Shown in pieces: positions 10,134-22,015 of a stretch of DNA of 47,864 nucleotides (position 1 is the stretch's first letter; the number at the start of each line of letters is the position of its first letter). Source of the stretch: Nemertoderma westbladi. Taxonomy: Eukaryota > Animalia > Xenacoelomorpha. A program made the translations under genes and the position numbers. The notes beneath the pieces are model-generated. The model did not search any database, was not told where the DNA came from, and was given only the letters and a program-made list of their open reading frames with translations. The stretch spans positions 1 to 47,864 of the forward strand of contig JAUCBJ010000296.1 in NCBI GenBank assembly GCA_032718475.1, in the 5' to 3' direction.

Positions 10134-11815
10134 GAGTGGAAAAATCACTTCAGCAACCTGCTTGGGCAACCACCAAACATCGAGGTCAGCCCTACAAGGA
10201 AAATATATGACAATACACTTCCTATAGAGACAGGGGACTTCACACCTGCCGAACTCCAAAGAAGCATTAAAAACATGTCCAATAATAAAGCGAGTGGATT
10301 AGATCAAATCCCAGCGGAGGTATGGAAAACAGGAGTGCTAAACAGACCATTATTGAATGTTTGCAACCGGCCGGATGTTACAAGGGGAAAAGCCACCACC
10401 AATTCGGACTAAAGGTCAACTAAAGCCTCTCCCCGGATACCAACAAACTATCGTGGGATCTGTCTGCTTGTGGTAGCTGCCAAAATATACAATAAAATGA
10501 TTCTATATAGGATTAGGCCTCACATAGAGAAACTACTGCGTAAGAGCCAAAACTGATTTCGACCAAATAGATCGACAATAGCCCAGATACTTGCACTACG
10601 GAGACTGATTGAAGGAATTAAGTCAAAGAATCTCCCCGTCATGACTTTTGTGGACTTCAAGAAGGCATTCGACTCCATCCATAGAGGTAAAATGCTTGAA
10701 ATCCTAAGAGCTTATGGAATACCAGAAGTAATCGTTGCTGGCATTGGATTGTTATATTGTGACACAGAAGCACAGGTACTCTCACCAGATGGTGAAATTT
10801 AGTTTTTCTCAATCCTGGCTGGCGTACTGCAAGGTGACACATTAGCACCATTACTATTTGTAATTGTACTGGATTACGCAATGAGGACGGCCACAAAGGG
10901 TGAAGATCTGGGATTCATTCACATTTCAAGAACGCAGAAGTAGTAGATATCCGGCAACTACAGTCACAGACAACAACTTTGCGGATGATATCGCCCTGCT
11001 CTCTAATACTGTACGCTAGCAGATGCACAGCTTATACTAAATAAAGTGGAGATGGCTGCTAAGGAAGTTGGATTGCATATAAATGCTACCAAGACCGAAT
11101 TCATGACCCTTAATGTTGATGGAAACTTGACAACCATTGATAATAATCAACTAAGGAAGGTCGATGACTTCCAGTACCTTGGATCATGGATAGAGAGTAG
11201 CGAAAAGGACATAGAAGTTAGGACTTCAAAGGCTTGGGTAGCTCTATCAAAAATGGATACCATCTGGAAATCAGATCTCTCCAGGCACCTGAAGACTAAG
11301 TTCTTTCTTCAAAGGCTTGGGTAGCTCTATCAAAAATGGATACCATCTGGAAATCAGATCTCTCCAGGCACCTGAAGACTAAGTTCTTTCGAGCCACAGT
11401 GGAAAGTGTATTTTTATACGGGGGTGAGACCTGAACACTGACTAAATCACTTGAACAACGAATTGATGGTTTGTACACAAGAATACTAAGGGCAGCCCTA
11501 AACTTTAGCTGGAGACAACACACGACAAACGCCGAGCTTTATGGTACAATACAAACTGTATCAACCACCCTCCGTGAACGCAGATTAAGATTCAGTGAGC
11601 ACTGCTGGCGATGTAAAGACGAGGTCATACCAGATCTACTTTTATGGCAACCAACTCACGGAAAGCGCAGTCGTGGACGACCGGCCATAACATATATAGA
11701 TCAACTTGAAAGGGATACTGAACTTGGGAGAAACGAAATTGCGACAACTATGGAGAATCGGGAAGCCTGGAAGGATCTCATTTCCACTGGCCGAGTTCGC
11801 TCAACCTAGTAGTAG
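10134..11815 (+). mobile_element. 5'-truncated RTE-clade LINE (reverse transcriptase pseudogene)
   Basis: RT motifs KASGLDQIPAEVWK, VDFKKAFDSIHR, LQGDTLAPLLF, FADDIALL, FQYLGSWI, RRLRFSEHCWR; in-frame stops and frameshifts; (TAG)n tail; 11-bp TSD TAATTAATATT at 10123-10133 and 11816-11826. Confidence 0.92.
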
Positions 11816-12084
11816 TAATTAATATTATTAAATAATGATACTTATTAATATATTACATTTAAAATATGTATTGTTTGTTTGTTACGCTAAAGAGAAGGCA
11901 GGAATGAGTTTCTCTATGTACTACAGATACAGAATATGGCGAAACACTTAAAATGCCCCATATTGCCAGCTGATACAGCGGAGTTTATACCCAGACGATC
12001 ACGATGAAGGAAGACGGGAAGGTGGATGGGAATGTGGGAAGATGGAAAGGTGGATGGGAATGTGGGAATCAATAAACGCTGTTG

Positions 12085-12300
12085 TTACCTTCCAATTTCC
12101 AATTGAAGGAAAAGAGCAGGTTACAGCGGCGGAAATTTCTAACCAGACAATAAATTTTGTTGATACCTACAATAATTGAGGGAAAGGAGCAGATTACAGA
12201 GGCAGGCTTTTCTAACCAAAACAATAAACGATTTTGTTACCTACCAATTGAGGGAAAAGAGAATGTTACCGAGGCTGTCTTTTCTAACCAAAACAATAAA
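12085..12300. repeat. Three diverged ~75-bp tandem units containing the shared MITE module in reverse orientation
   Basis: Repeats of ...TTGAGGGAAAGGAGCAGATTACAGAGGC...TTTCTAACCAAAACAATAAA. Confidence 0.75.
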
Positions 12301-12776
12301 CAACCATCCGGCCACCTTCTTACTAATCGTCCGACTGACTGATCAACAGATCATCGCCCTCAATTGCGAAGCACGTGAATACAAAAATACCCCTCATGTG
12401 AACTTTCAAAGTTCCCTAATGATAGTGAATGTGCCACATTCCTTTCCGATTTGTTTATTTTTTCGCTGGGAAATGGAATTATGTGAGACTCCACGTGGCG
12501 CTTTTACATACACTGATTCTAAATACTGTATGTTCGTGTTTTATCCTGAGTCACCGTTTTGGTTTTATTGGCGTAATAAAATTCGAAACAAACTGTATTC
12601 GTTTCGTACCTTGTTCATATAAGTATAAACTAATAGTATAAACCACAACACTAAGGTGGAACAAAGTGTCAGATCATATCAGATAAGGACATACGTTTTA
12701 GCCATCCTAGCCTATTCTGTATTGTGTACCGGTACTACTACTCAAACTCAAGGACTGGCACTCGGTCAGTAGTCCT

Positions 12777-13205
12777 TACTACTACTACTACTAGGATCGG
12801 CATTCGACATGCTGCGTTGCAGCTGCATTTTCAAGAATGCTGTGCCGGCTTGTCGACAAAATTGCGTCGCCACAACTCCCTTTCACCAATGACATTTGCT
12901 AGATGATCCGCATCTTCAAGGCCAGTGTCCTTTAAGATGCGTCTCAAGAAAGTCATGGGCTGTCCACCATGCTTATTCACTCCATGAGGCCGCCAATGAC
13001 GCCTGGCTGGTCCTCACGGCGAAAGCAATGTCCTGCACAGCGGAGGCGGCTTTGTTCTAGTGTCAAGCTTGGGGGAACCAATGAGACACCTCCAATGTTA
13101 TATAGTGTCTGGTTGGATATGTGTGCATTGTACTTGACACAATGAACCCGGCGTAGCATTCTTCTGAATGTGCCATCCAGAGATTTGGTGTCCTCAGCAG
13201 TAGAG
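12777..13205 (-). mobile_element. 3' fragment of a second RTE-like LINE
   Basis: Minus strand LDGTFRRMLRR...ISNQTLY...RLRCAGHCFR followed by a (TAG)n tail (TACTACTAC.. on the + strand). Confidence 0.75.
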
Positions 13206-13635
13206 CCCTACTACTACAGTATACAGTACCGGTACTATAAGAGTGGAGAGTTACAGTTACAGTTATAGTACAGAATTAATGTTATATTAATATGTGCCAC
13301 TGCTACCATGCAACAGAATACAGATTATACTGATAATGGCTATTATTTCACTCTCACTACTGTATATATATTTAGGGTAAATCTTTTTCGACCTGCGCGT
13401 AGCCAATGATGGCCGAACAAAACATAATATTGGAATTAACATTCCACGCGGTAAAAAAAGTTTATATCATAAGGGGTACCCCCCCCCCCCCCCCCCCCCT
13501 GATTAAGGGTTGGTAAACGAGATCTGAGCCAATTTATTTATCCTTAACAAAGCTCATATAATTATTGTGTATTATTTGCACCTATTTAAACCAAACACAC
13601 CGCTCTAGTCTACCTACTACTCCAGCACTCCTATG

Positions 13636-15909
13636 TTACCTCCTTTTCCCCCCTTTACGCCCAGAACTCCCCGAACCTTTTCTACTCTGCTTTGTTAAAG
13701 TTTCTTTACCCCTTCTAGATTTATTATTTCTCTCCAACTTCGATTGTTGTCTACGTTTCTCAACTAACTCCATCTTTGCCTTGCGCCGTCTATCTTTAAA
13801 TATCAACTCCTTGGGTTTCAGCACTGGTTTACTATCAGTTTTTATCAGCTTCTGATTATGTCTATGGTACCGTTCTGGTAGACCTCTAGGCTTCCCACCA
13901 TCCGTCTCGGAGGTCCCAGACTTCCCACCATCTAACCACTTCCGGTATCGGTCCGTCTTGTAACTCGCGGGCAAGGACCCGCCCCCCGGCGTCCGTATCT
14001 TCCGCCCCGAGACACCCTTCTTAGCGCCCTCTAGCGAGGCACCACGCGCCACATTAACGAACCTTTTCCTCTTCCGGTCCCACTTTAACTGTCCCTTCTG
14101 CGACCTCATCGTGTCTCCTTCGTCCATGGTTATATCCATAGTGGCGTCGTTTACAGAAACATCGAAGGACTTATCTCTGACACTCAACCCCTTCTCTGTA
14201 TCGGCTCCTACCTGTTTGTAAGGAATATAAACCTCGGATGAACTATCTTTACTCGGGGTTTCCCGATTTCCCAACCCGTTTTCCCCGCGCAACCGTATTT
14301 TCCCATCGTGCGACGCCCGTTTCCGCCGCATTATCGCGGCGCCTTCGCTTAAAGACGACGAGTTTTTAACCTCGAATATCGTGGATCGCGGCTTATAGTT
14401 TGAAACGCCGCGAACTAGCTCGTTTCGCTCGGTCTGTCTATCCGGTTCCCATAGCAAGGCGGGGTGGTTACCAATGTAGCGAAGACTCAACTGCTTGGCT
14501 TTACGAACGCCCTCCCTGCTGGGGGGCGGACGACTACGTATGTACTGCTTGTAGGCGTTGTTAGCGACGTCGTAAGCGGCAGAGAGGTCTGAGTTAAAGC
14601 GGGTATAACCCGTTAGTAATTCGTTGGATTCATCCAGAGTGGATTGTGGGACCTGACCCAGGACACCAGAGGGGGCGGGGGAGGGGGTCAGAGTACCCGA
14701 GGGGGCCATGGAGGGGGCCTCGCTATCCCCAAACACGTTTACCGGCCTCCCAAGGAAGCCGTGGAGGTCTATAAAGTACGGCAGCTCATCCGCGGCGACC
14801 AACGAGTAGGCGGTCCCAATGCGACCGGCCCTCGCAACCCGACCAACTCGATGGACGAACAACTTGGACTTCCCGGGAAAGTTGAAGTTCACGACGTTGT
14901 CTAGAAGGGGGATGTCGACGCCTCTAGCGGCGACATCAGTAACAACGAGAACCCGAGTGACTCCGGTGAGGAAGTTGGAAGTCTGGGACTTCCTAGCGGT
15001 CGCGTCCAACGAAGAGTAAAGGAAGGAAGCCGGAATACCGGCCGTTCGGAGGAGTTCCGAGACAAACTCAACGTGGTGTTTAGTCGCGGTGAATACGAGA
15101 GTCAACTGGTCCGTGGTGTCGATAACAGAGCGTAGGAGATGCAGCAGTAACCCGGGTTTATCGTCGATGCGGCAGTGTAAGTAAACTGTCTGCAGGTCGG
15201 CGCTGAGTTTAGTCTCTACGTCGAGTCGGACCAGCTCGGGGTCGGAGAGTCCGGCTTTAGCGAAGTCCGCGAGCATCCGAGGGATAGTGGCAGAGAATAG
15301 CGCGGTTTGGCGATTCTCCGGAAGTCGACGGAGGATCTCTTGCAACTGTTCCGCGAAACCCAACTCGAACAATCGGTCGGCCTCGTCGAAAACAACGAAT
15401 TCTATTCGCGGCAACTTGAAGTCCATTTCGACCAGCGTGTGTAGGAGTCGCCCCGGTGTGGCGACGATTACATCGGGGTTGGAGTGCAGCGCGGCGAAGT
15501 TGGATTCGATGGAATCGCCACCGAGTAGCAAGGCTCCACGCAACCCGGTGTACCTGCCCAACTCCCGGAGGAACTTCATTGTCTGTGTCGCGAGTTCCCG
15601 CGTGGGACTAAGGATGAGTGTTCGAGTTCCTGTTGTCTGCGTCCCTTTTAGTCGCTCCAGTAAGGGCAGCAGAAACGCAGCAGTTTTACCGCTGCCAGTT
15701 CTCGCCATTGCTACGACGTCTCTTCCTTGCATCAGTAACGGAATGCATTTCCGCTGGATTGGCGTCGGCAGTTTGTAGCCCTTCCTTAGGACACCTCGGT
15801 ACACCGCATTCCCGAAACCCATCGTTTGGAAACCACCAGATTTTTTGCGCACCGTTGAAACTTTCGGATCATTGTTTGTGCCAAATGTTCTTACTTTTTC
15901 TTTATTCAT
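13636..15909 (-). CDS. DDX54: DEAD-box RNA helicase DDX54/DBP10, 757 aa, single coding exon
   Basis: KKSGGFQTMG, Q-motif PTPIQ, AMARTGSGKT, PTRELA, DEAD, SAT, HRVGRVARAGR; DBP10CT-like WDRKRKRFV...LPASYKTDRYRKW; basic C-terminus. Confidence 0.96.
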   Translation of the reverse strand: MNKEKVRTFGTNNDPKVSTVRKKSGGFQTMGFGNAVYRGVLRKGYKLPTPIQRKCIPLLMQGRDVVAMARTGSGKTAAFLLPLLERLKGTQTTGTRTLILSPTRELATQTMKFLRELGRYTGLRGALLLGGDSIESNFAALHSNPDVIVATPGRLLHTLVEMDFKLPRIEFVVFDEADRLFELGFAEQLQEILRRLPENRQTALFSATIPRMLADFAKAGLSDPELVRLDVETKLSADLQTVYLHCRIDDKPGLLLHLLRSVIDTTDQLTLVFTATKHHVEFVSELLRTAGIPASFLYSSLDATARKSQTSNFLTGVTRVLVVTDVAARGVDIPLLDNVVNFNFPGKSKLFVHRVGRVARAGRIGTAYSLVAADELPYFIDLHGFLGRPVNVFGDSEAPSMAPSGTLTPSPAPSGVLGQVPQSTLDESNELLTGYTRFNSDLSAAYDVANNAYKQYIRSRPPPSREGVRKAKQLSLRYIGNHPALLWEPDRQTERNELVRGVSNYKPRSTIFEVKNSSSLSEGAAIMRRKRASHDGKIRLRGENGLGNRETPSKDSSSEVYIPYKQVGADTEKGLSVRDKSFDVSVNDATMDITMDEGDTMRSQKGQLKWDRKRKRFVNVARGASLEGAKKGVSGRKIRTPGGGSLPASYKTDRYRKWLDGGKSGTSETDGGKPRGLPERYHRHNQKLIKTDSKPVLKPKELIFKDRRRKAKMELVEKRRQQSKLERNNKSRRGKETLTKQSRKGSGSSGRKGGKRR

Positions 15910-15992
15910 TTTCTTACTACTGCACTACAGTTCTAGGCCCAGAGCACAGACTGACAGGTGACAGAGGCCTATTCATTAAATTCACTAATACT

Positions 15993-16220
15993 GTCTGACT
16001 TTACTGACTTTACTGACTGAATCTGAACCTACAACCAATCAGGACTGCAGGAGTGAGAAAGAGATATAATAATATTGTATAAAGTACTGTCAGTGTCAGT
16101 TAGGTAAATAGCCAATAGGGGATCAGGTTGCTGGGTTAGTCGTTGAAAGTATTAGTATCTGATTATCACTTCACCTTACTTAATCTATCATCTTGTGATG
16201 AAATACAGCAGTACAGGGAA
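15993..16220. promoter_or_regulatory. Putative promoter module upstream of DDX54 with two CCAAT boxes; homologous to the region upstream of RPAP2
   Basis: AACCAATCAGGA...AAGAGATAT...GTTAGGTAAATAGCCAATAGGGGATC also occurs at ~9260-9870 once the MITE is removed. Confidence 0.5.
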
Positions 16221-19074
16221 TGAATCATGAATCATCACAAGTCGGAATCTCGCGTTGAATAAAAATAGCACAGGTCGATTCGCCCGTCCCATTCTCACAA
16301 AGTTTGTACTTTATTCGAGTGTTTAATATAAAGATGTATGATTATTTATTGATTAAAATAAAATAGTGTATAAATATGTAATATTCCCTCACGCAGCCTC
16401 TACTTTCCCTATGGTAGGGAATGGGGAAGGATTTTCTCTGTATCATAGCAACGTTGTATAATTATTTAACTCTAGCTATCTGGGAAGACATGTAGCAAGC
16501 TGGCTGGAGTGTTGAGTGTGTCTCAGTAAATCCAATGGTTGGGGTGGGTTGTCTGTTGAGAACTCCGAACTGGTCATGGCATTAATTCTGCTTTCTCCAA
16601 GGCTGCATGGAGGGTGAGAAGGGTTTACATATTGATTGCGATTGATATTTTATTGGGGATTAGATTATCATTTAGTTTTTCGGTTTTGTTGTCTTATAGA
16701 CGGTATTCTTATAGCCAGCTTGTTGGCTTTTTAAAAGTAAATAAGACCAAAATCCTGGAGTATTACTTGCAAACAAAATTAGAATCAATAATGCTGTTTT
16801 ACAGGTAAAGTCAATTTTGTCATTTAGGTTGTTTGAAAATGAAAGGGACGAGATATTCTATGACCGATCTGTCAACATTTCAGCTTAAAACGAATGAAAA
16901 AAACAACAAAGAAATATGAGGACGCTTAATCGGGTGTCTGTCGAGCTATGCACAACTACAGTACTGTATGCAACTGGGTTGTACATTTAAATATTAAAAC
17001 TCCCTTATACTGTATCTACAAGTATACAAGTTAATAATATATATTGCCAACAATGTCGAACACCAAGGGTTATGTTATTGTCAATTCATTCACATTTAAT
17101 TCGTGCCAAACATGTGATATTACCTACTTAATTAAATATATTATTAGGTTACTCAAGAAATGATATTATTATTGCTTAAACTCAAATCCTGGAGCGGACC
17201 AATTCGATGTTATTTATTAATATTAACGAAATGTTACCAATATGAGACCATCTGGATAACTGTGATAGCCTACGGATGGACACTAATTTAATTAATTAAT
17301 AGGGTCAATAATTTAATTAAACGGATTATTATTGGGCTGTTTGTATGTGTGTAGGCCTATAAAATTTATCCCAGAATTTGGCACTCTATTAGGCTTATAC
17401 TGTACCACTACAACTTGGTTACATACGGTATTAAATTAATTATAGAGCCACTTATTGTATGTGTATTTTAAAATTGTTTCACTGAACAATACAAAACTGC
17501 ATGTATTATCTGCTCTCATTACCATATGCGCTGGGACTGATATAGTATTAAACTGAAACATATTAATACCATTCTGTTATTTCACATAAAAATAATTTAG
17601 TAGCTGTCTTATTCTATACAAATAATTTACACACAGTGTTGTGTGTTTTGTTTATCTGTTTCTGGTCTAGTAGGTGGGGATAACATGCCTGCCAACTGAC
17701 AACAGAGCAGGAAGTCTTTTATAGGAGGGAAATAATTCCAATTTAATTTATCTTATGTGCTGGAAACACTACTTACCTTTAAAGCTGTACACTGTAACCA
17801 TAAGACAGGTGCTGAAATACCTTGAAGGGTGAAAACTACTTAGAATAGAGTATTAAAAGTTAGGCATGGATGGGTAATTTTTCTGTTTCGTACAGTACAG
17901 TAGTGCTGTATGGCATTGAGTTGAAACTATTGCTATGCTACATTATTATTTGTTTATATGTAGGTGAGAAGTGTTTCTTATGCAATTTTACCTTGCTCCG
18001 TTAATTAAGTTAACCATAAAGATAAAATCGTCTGTCTACATAGCACGATAACGTGATACAGTGCATAACGAAAGCCTTGTTTAATAAAGTAAACAAGGTA
18101 CCATAATAACTACTGTATAATATTATTATTAGCAATAGCAAATATAAAATATCCAAGTAAAGTCAACCCGATCGCATTGGTTAAAGTAATGATGTGCGTT
18201 GGGGCGACGGCTGTCAGCTACTAAATTAAATACAAAGTAATGGATACCGTAGTCGTATACAACACTTTGCTACCTACAATATTATTAGGAGATACTGTAT
18301 ATATTAGTCGCGATGCGATGACTTCTGTATATTTGCTGTGCTTTCAACTTTTATTTGCAATCAACCTTGAAATACATTTAAGGCAGTTCTTATTGATTTC
18401 CCCAACGCACATCATTACTTTAAACTTATTACTAATTTGCTCAAGCAATAAATAACAGGAACAGCAGCTGTAAGCTTACCCACGGTACAACATAGGGCCT
18501 ACAGTAAAATAATCGTTAATATCTATTTGTTCCTTGTATATGAAGTTAACTAATCGATTTACAACTCAAGTTTATTTAACTTGCTTATAATTTAGTTCAC
18601 TGACACAATATCTACCTTATATTAAAATGTACTGTAAATGTTTATTTATTTATAATACGTACTAATTTTAATTTTATTTGTAACTAAAAATTTGCTTTTC
18701 CCACTAAAGTAAATATTTTTACTAAATTTTTGTCTCTAAAATATAATTTCTCCACTAAAATGTAATAATTATCACTAAAATTTATTTTTTATCAACGAAA
18801 ATACAACTACTACCTGATCTATTGAATTTCGTTTACTGTTTTGGTTAGAATAAAGTGCCACCTTAACCTGCTCCTTTCCCTTATTTAATGATAATTAATC
18901 GATTTTAGTTGTAATTAATATATTTAGCATAAAATTAATATTCAAGTGATTTTCCTGAATAAATTTAGTGACAATAATGATTATTTTAAGTAGGTCGATA
19001 AGTGACTATGCCATTATTGCAATTGATATAATTAATGGATTCTAATTAAAGTGTTACTGATATTAATCTACAGT

Positions 19075-20004
19075 ATGATGAAAGACACAATTAGCGGCCA
19101 ATTAAACGGGCTACCGTCACGCAAAGCTGACAACGAGACTGAATGCCGTAATGAAAGAATTCCAAATGTGGAACCATTCGTTCAACTTGCCGGACATCCT
19201 GGTACCTTGTCCAAAGCGTCCAGTAAAACATTGTATAAGGAGATTAGCAGTTCCCCCGAGTGCCCAGAACTCAAGGCGTATGTGGAACTACATAGGGAAC
19301 CTTTTATGAGTCAATTCCTCGCGAAATTCCACCGCCGTGTCGAAATAGATGGCCAGTTTTACATCGAGATTGACGACTTGACTTCGGGATTGTCTCGCGT
19401 TTGTATCATTGATATAAAATTAGGATCGCGAACTTTTTTAGAAAAAGAGGTGTCTGCAACTAATTCTCGGAATGATTTGTACAAAAAGATGATAAAAGTT
19501 GATCCGAAAGCTCCAACCGAGACGGAGCACGCTGCCCAAGCCGTTACCAAGCTGCGGTACATGCAGTTCCGCGAGAAATCGTCGACAAGTCAACTGTTAT
19601 CCTACCGAATAGAAGGAATCCATATCCACGGTGCACCGAAACTCGAAACCAACGCGGACCTCAAACGGATCAACAAAGAGGAACAAGTGATCCCAGAGTT
19701 CGCGAGATTCTTTAATTCCAACCGAAATCTCATCAGGTCGGCCACAGATAAACTCCGTTTGCTTCGGCGTTGTATATCCACGTCACCGTACTTCCGGCAG
19801 CATGAGGCCGTAGGGACTTCACTCCTTATTGTACACGATCAGGTCAGCCAACTCGGGGTTTATCTAATAGACTTCGCGAAGAACCTGCCGACCCCCAATG
19901 GTATGGTGGTCCATCACCAAGGTGAATGGTTGCTAGGCAACAAGGAAGAAGGACTCCTTGACGGATTGGACAATATCATACGATTGCTACTCTTTGAAAT
20001 TTAA
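19075..20004 (+). CDS. Inositol-trisphosphate 3-kinase (ITPKA/B/C family) catalytic domain
   Basis: FVQLAGHPG, DIKLGSRTFLEKE, RNDLYKKMIKVDPKAPT, VTKLRYMQFRE, HEAVGTSLLIVHD, LIDFAK, GNKEEGLLDGLDNII. Acceptor TCTACAG| at 19073 just before ATG 19075; upstream exons are possible. Confidence 0.93.
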   Translation: MMKDTISGQLNGLPSRKADNETECRNERIPNVEPFVQLAGHPGTLSKASSKTLYKEISSSPECPELKAYVELHREPFMSQFLAKFHRRVEIDGQFYIEIDDLTSGLSRVCIIDIKLGSRTFLEKEVSATNSRNDLYKKMIKVDPKAPTETEHAAQAVTKLRYMQFREKSSTSQLLSYRIEGIHIHGAPKLETNADLKRINKEEQVIPEFARFFNSNRNLIRSATDKLRLLRRCISTSPYFRQHEAVGTSLLIVHDQVSQLGVYLIDFAKNLPTPNGMVVHHQGEWLLGNKEEGLLDGLDNIIRLLLFEI

Positions 20005-20407
20005 TTTATTTTTAATTAATATTTACTTAATTTACTTTATACAGCTTTTATTATGGGACGTTTTTATCGATTCCGTTTGGTCTAGCGAATTTTAAATGTT
20101 TGGTGTTCGCGATTTCCGCTTATTATACATACAGTGTTAGACCTTCTTTTAAATCTTTCTCTTGCGCCTTCCATAATATCGAGCTTACAAAGTTCATCTT
20201 TGGAATTGACGGATTTAGGCCTATCTGTTTAAAAAAGTCATTCTGGATGGCAAAACAAGAAAGCTTTCGTGGTCGTGGCAACACCCTCAACTCATACCTA
20301 GGTAAACCACGGAGCTCAACAAACGCAAACAACATGAACAACAACAACACGCGTTGTCTGACTGTCCAGCTAATGGAATTAAGAATGTTAATTAACAATT
20401 AAGGGAA

Positions 20408-21049
20408 AGGAATAGGTTACAGTGTGAACCTGAACAAAACATATTCGTCGAATATCTAACATCTCTTTATCGAAACGACTTCACAACGGCAATAATTATA
20501 CAAATAAAGGTTTAAAAAGTCTTATAAATTGTCAAGTATGGGAGACAATCTTTGCAATGAAATACGAATTCAAAATTTAATATCTCAAGGACTTGAATGT
20601 TATTGTGAGACACTTGGAAGATGAAGACATTAAAGATAAATTAAATAGTTTTACATTCATGATTAAACTACAGCATGGGGAGGGGATGGATGATGAATAA
20701 AAACATTTGAAAATGAAAATTATCATGTATCCCCCCATACATGATAATTTTCATTTTCATTTTCATTTTATTCATCATCCCTCCCCATGCTGTAGTTTAA
20801 TCATGAATGTAAAACTATTTAATTTATCTTCATCTTCCAAGTGTCTCACAATAACATTGAAGTCCTTCAGATATTAAATTTTGAATTCGTATTTCATTGC
20901 CTCCCAGATTGTCTCCCATACTTGACAATTTATAAGACTTTTTAAACCTTTATTTGTATAATTATTGCCGTTGTGAAGTCGTTTCGATAAAGAGATGTTA
21001 GAGATTCGACGAAGATGTTTTGTTCAGGTTCACACTGTAACCCGTTCCT
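20408..21049. repeat. Near-perfect palindrome, arms ~320 bp, 6-nt CCCCCC loop at 20731-20736
   Basis: AGGAATAGGTTACAGTGTGAACCTGAAC...ATCATGTAT-CCCCCC-ATACATGAT...GTTCAGGTTCACACTGTAACCCGTTCCT. Confidence 0.95.
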
Positions 21050-21610
21050 GGGCAAAATTAGTGAAATTCAGTCGTATGCGGTAATATTTTATATTACATT
21101 TTATTACAACTAAAAACCATGTGGTCAAATGAGAGTTGATGTTGTGAAATATTTTATTTACACGGCAAATCTCTCAGTCATCGGTTTTACTTTCTGAGAA
21201 TGTCTTTGCCATTAGCTAACCGACCCTAAACTGTTTGGTATTTTATCCAGTGCCATCGGAATTACACAACTGAAATAAGAATAAGCCGTTGGTTGATATT
21301 GGATTTAAGTATAATAAATATAATAAAATAAACTGGACATTATATCTAAACCGTGTAATAATAGCATAAATATTTAATAATTTATGTGGATTAATAAAAC
21401 CATGGCAAATAACAATTTATATATAGTTGACGAGATAGGGTGTAAGTATATAATTTTGCAGTACATACGTACAAATGTCTGATTATCAAATAATTAACTT
21501 AACACTTTTTAACAATTAAAAACAATCAAATAGTTTCCAAACTGCACCTGGCAATTAATGATTTAGGAATTACCGATAGCTAGCACCGAATGAATTCACG
21601 CCGTTATATT

Positions 21611-22015
21611 TTACATAACCCGACACCTTTCCGGTTCTTTAAATAATTTGCTGTTGTCTATGGCTTGCTGTACGAGCCCATCATCCCTTTCTGCCTCACG
21701 TTCGGCCTCATCAAGATTCTGAACTAATTTATCTCTTTTATTAACCAAATCGACGAGTTCGTTAATGAGCATCTCTTCCCGCCCTCTTTGCGTTTCTGTT
21801 TTCTCCCATTCTTCCAGAGCTAACATGGCTCGCAGTTCTCTGTTGAGCAGTTCGCATCTCGCTTCCAGGTTATTCTCTTGTTCTAGAATACTCAGTTGAT
21901 TGTGACGTCTGATCAATGCGTTCTTCTTGTTGACCAAAGTGAACCACTCCAAAGTTAGACTTTCTTCAACATCACGATTTCCGGAATGCATTTCCACACG
22001 AAGTTTCCTTTCAAC
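21611..22015 (-). CDS. EHBP1: EHBP1 exon 4: bMERB (DUF3585) domain and CaaX (CRVM)
   Basis: TTTAG|GTT GAA acceptor; EWFTLVNKKNALIRR...LNRELRAMLALEEWEKT...LVNKRDKLV; ends CRVM*. Confidence 0.92.
   Translation of the reverse strand, partial: VERKLRVEMHSGNRDVEESLTLEWFTLVNKKNALIRRHNQLSILEQENNLEARCELLNRELRAMLALEEWEKTETQRGREEMLINELVDLVNKRDKLVQNLDEAEREAERDDGLVQQAIDNSKLFKEPERCRVM

Noticed and set aside
14644-15998. Plus-strand ORFs overlapping DDX54 (likewise those over RPAP2, IP3K and EHBP1)
   Set aside because: Antisense shadows of real coding sequence with no recognisable motifs.
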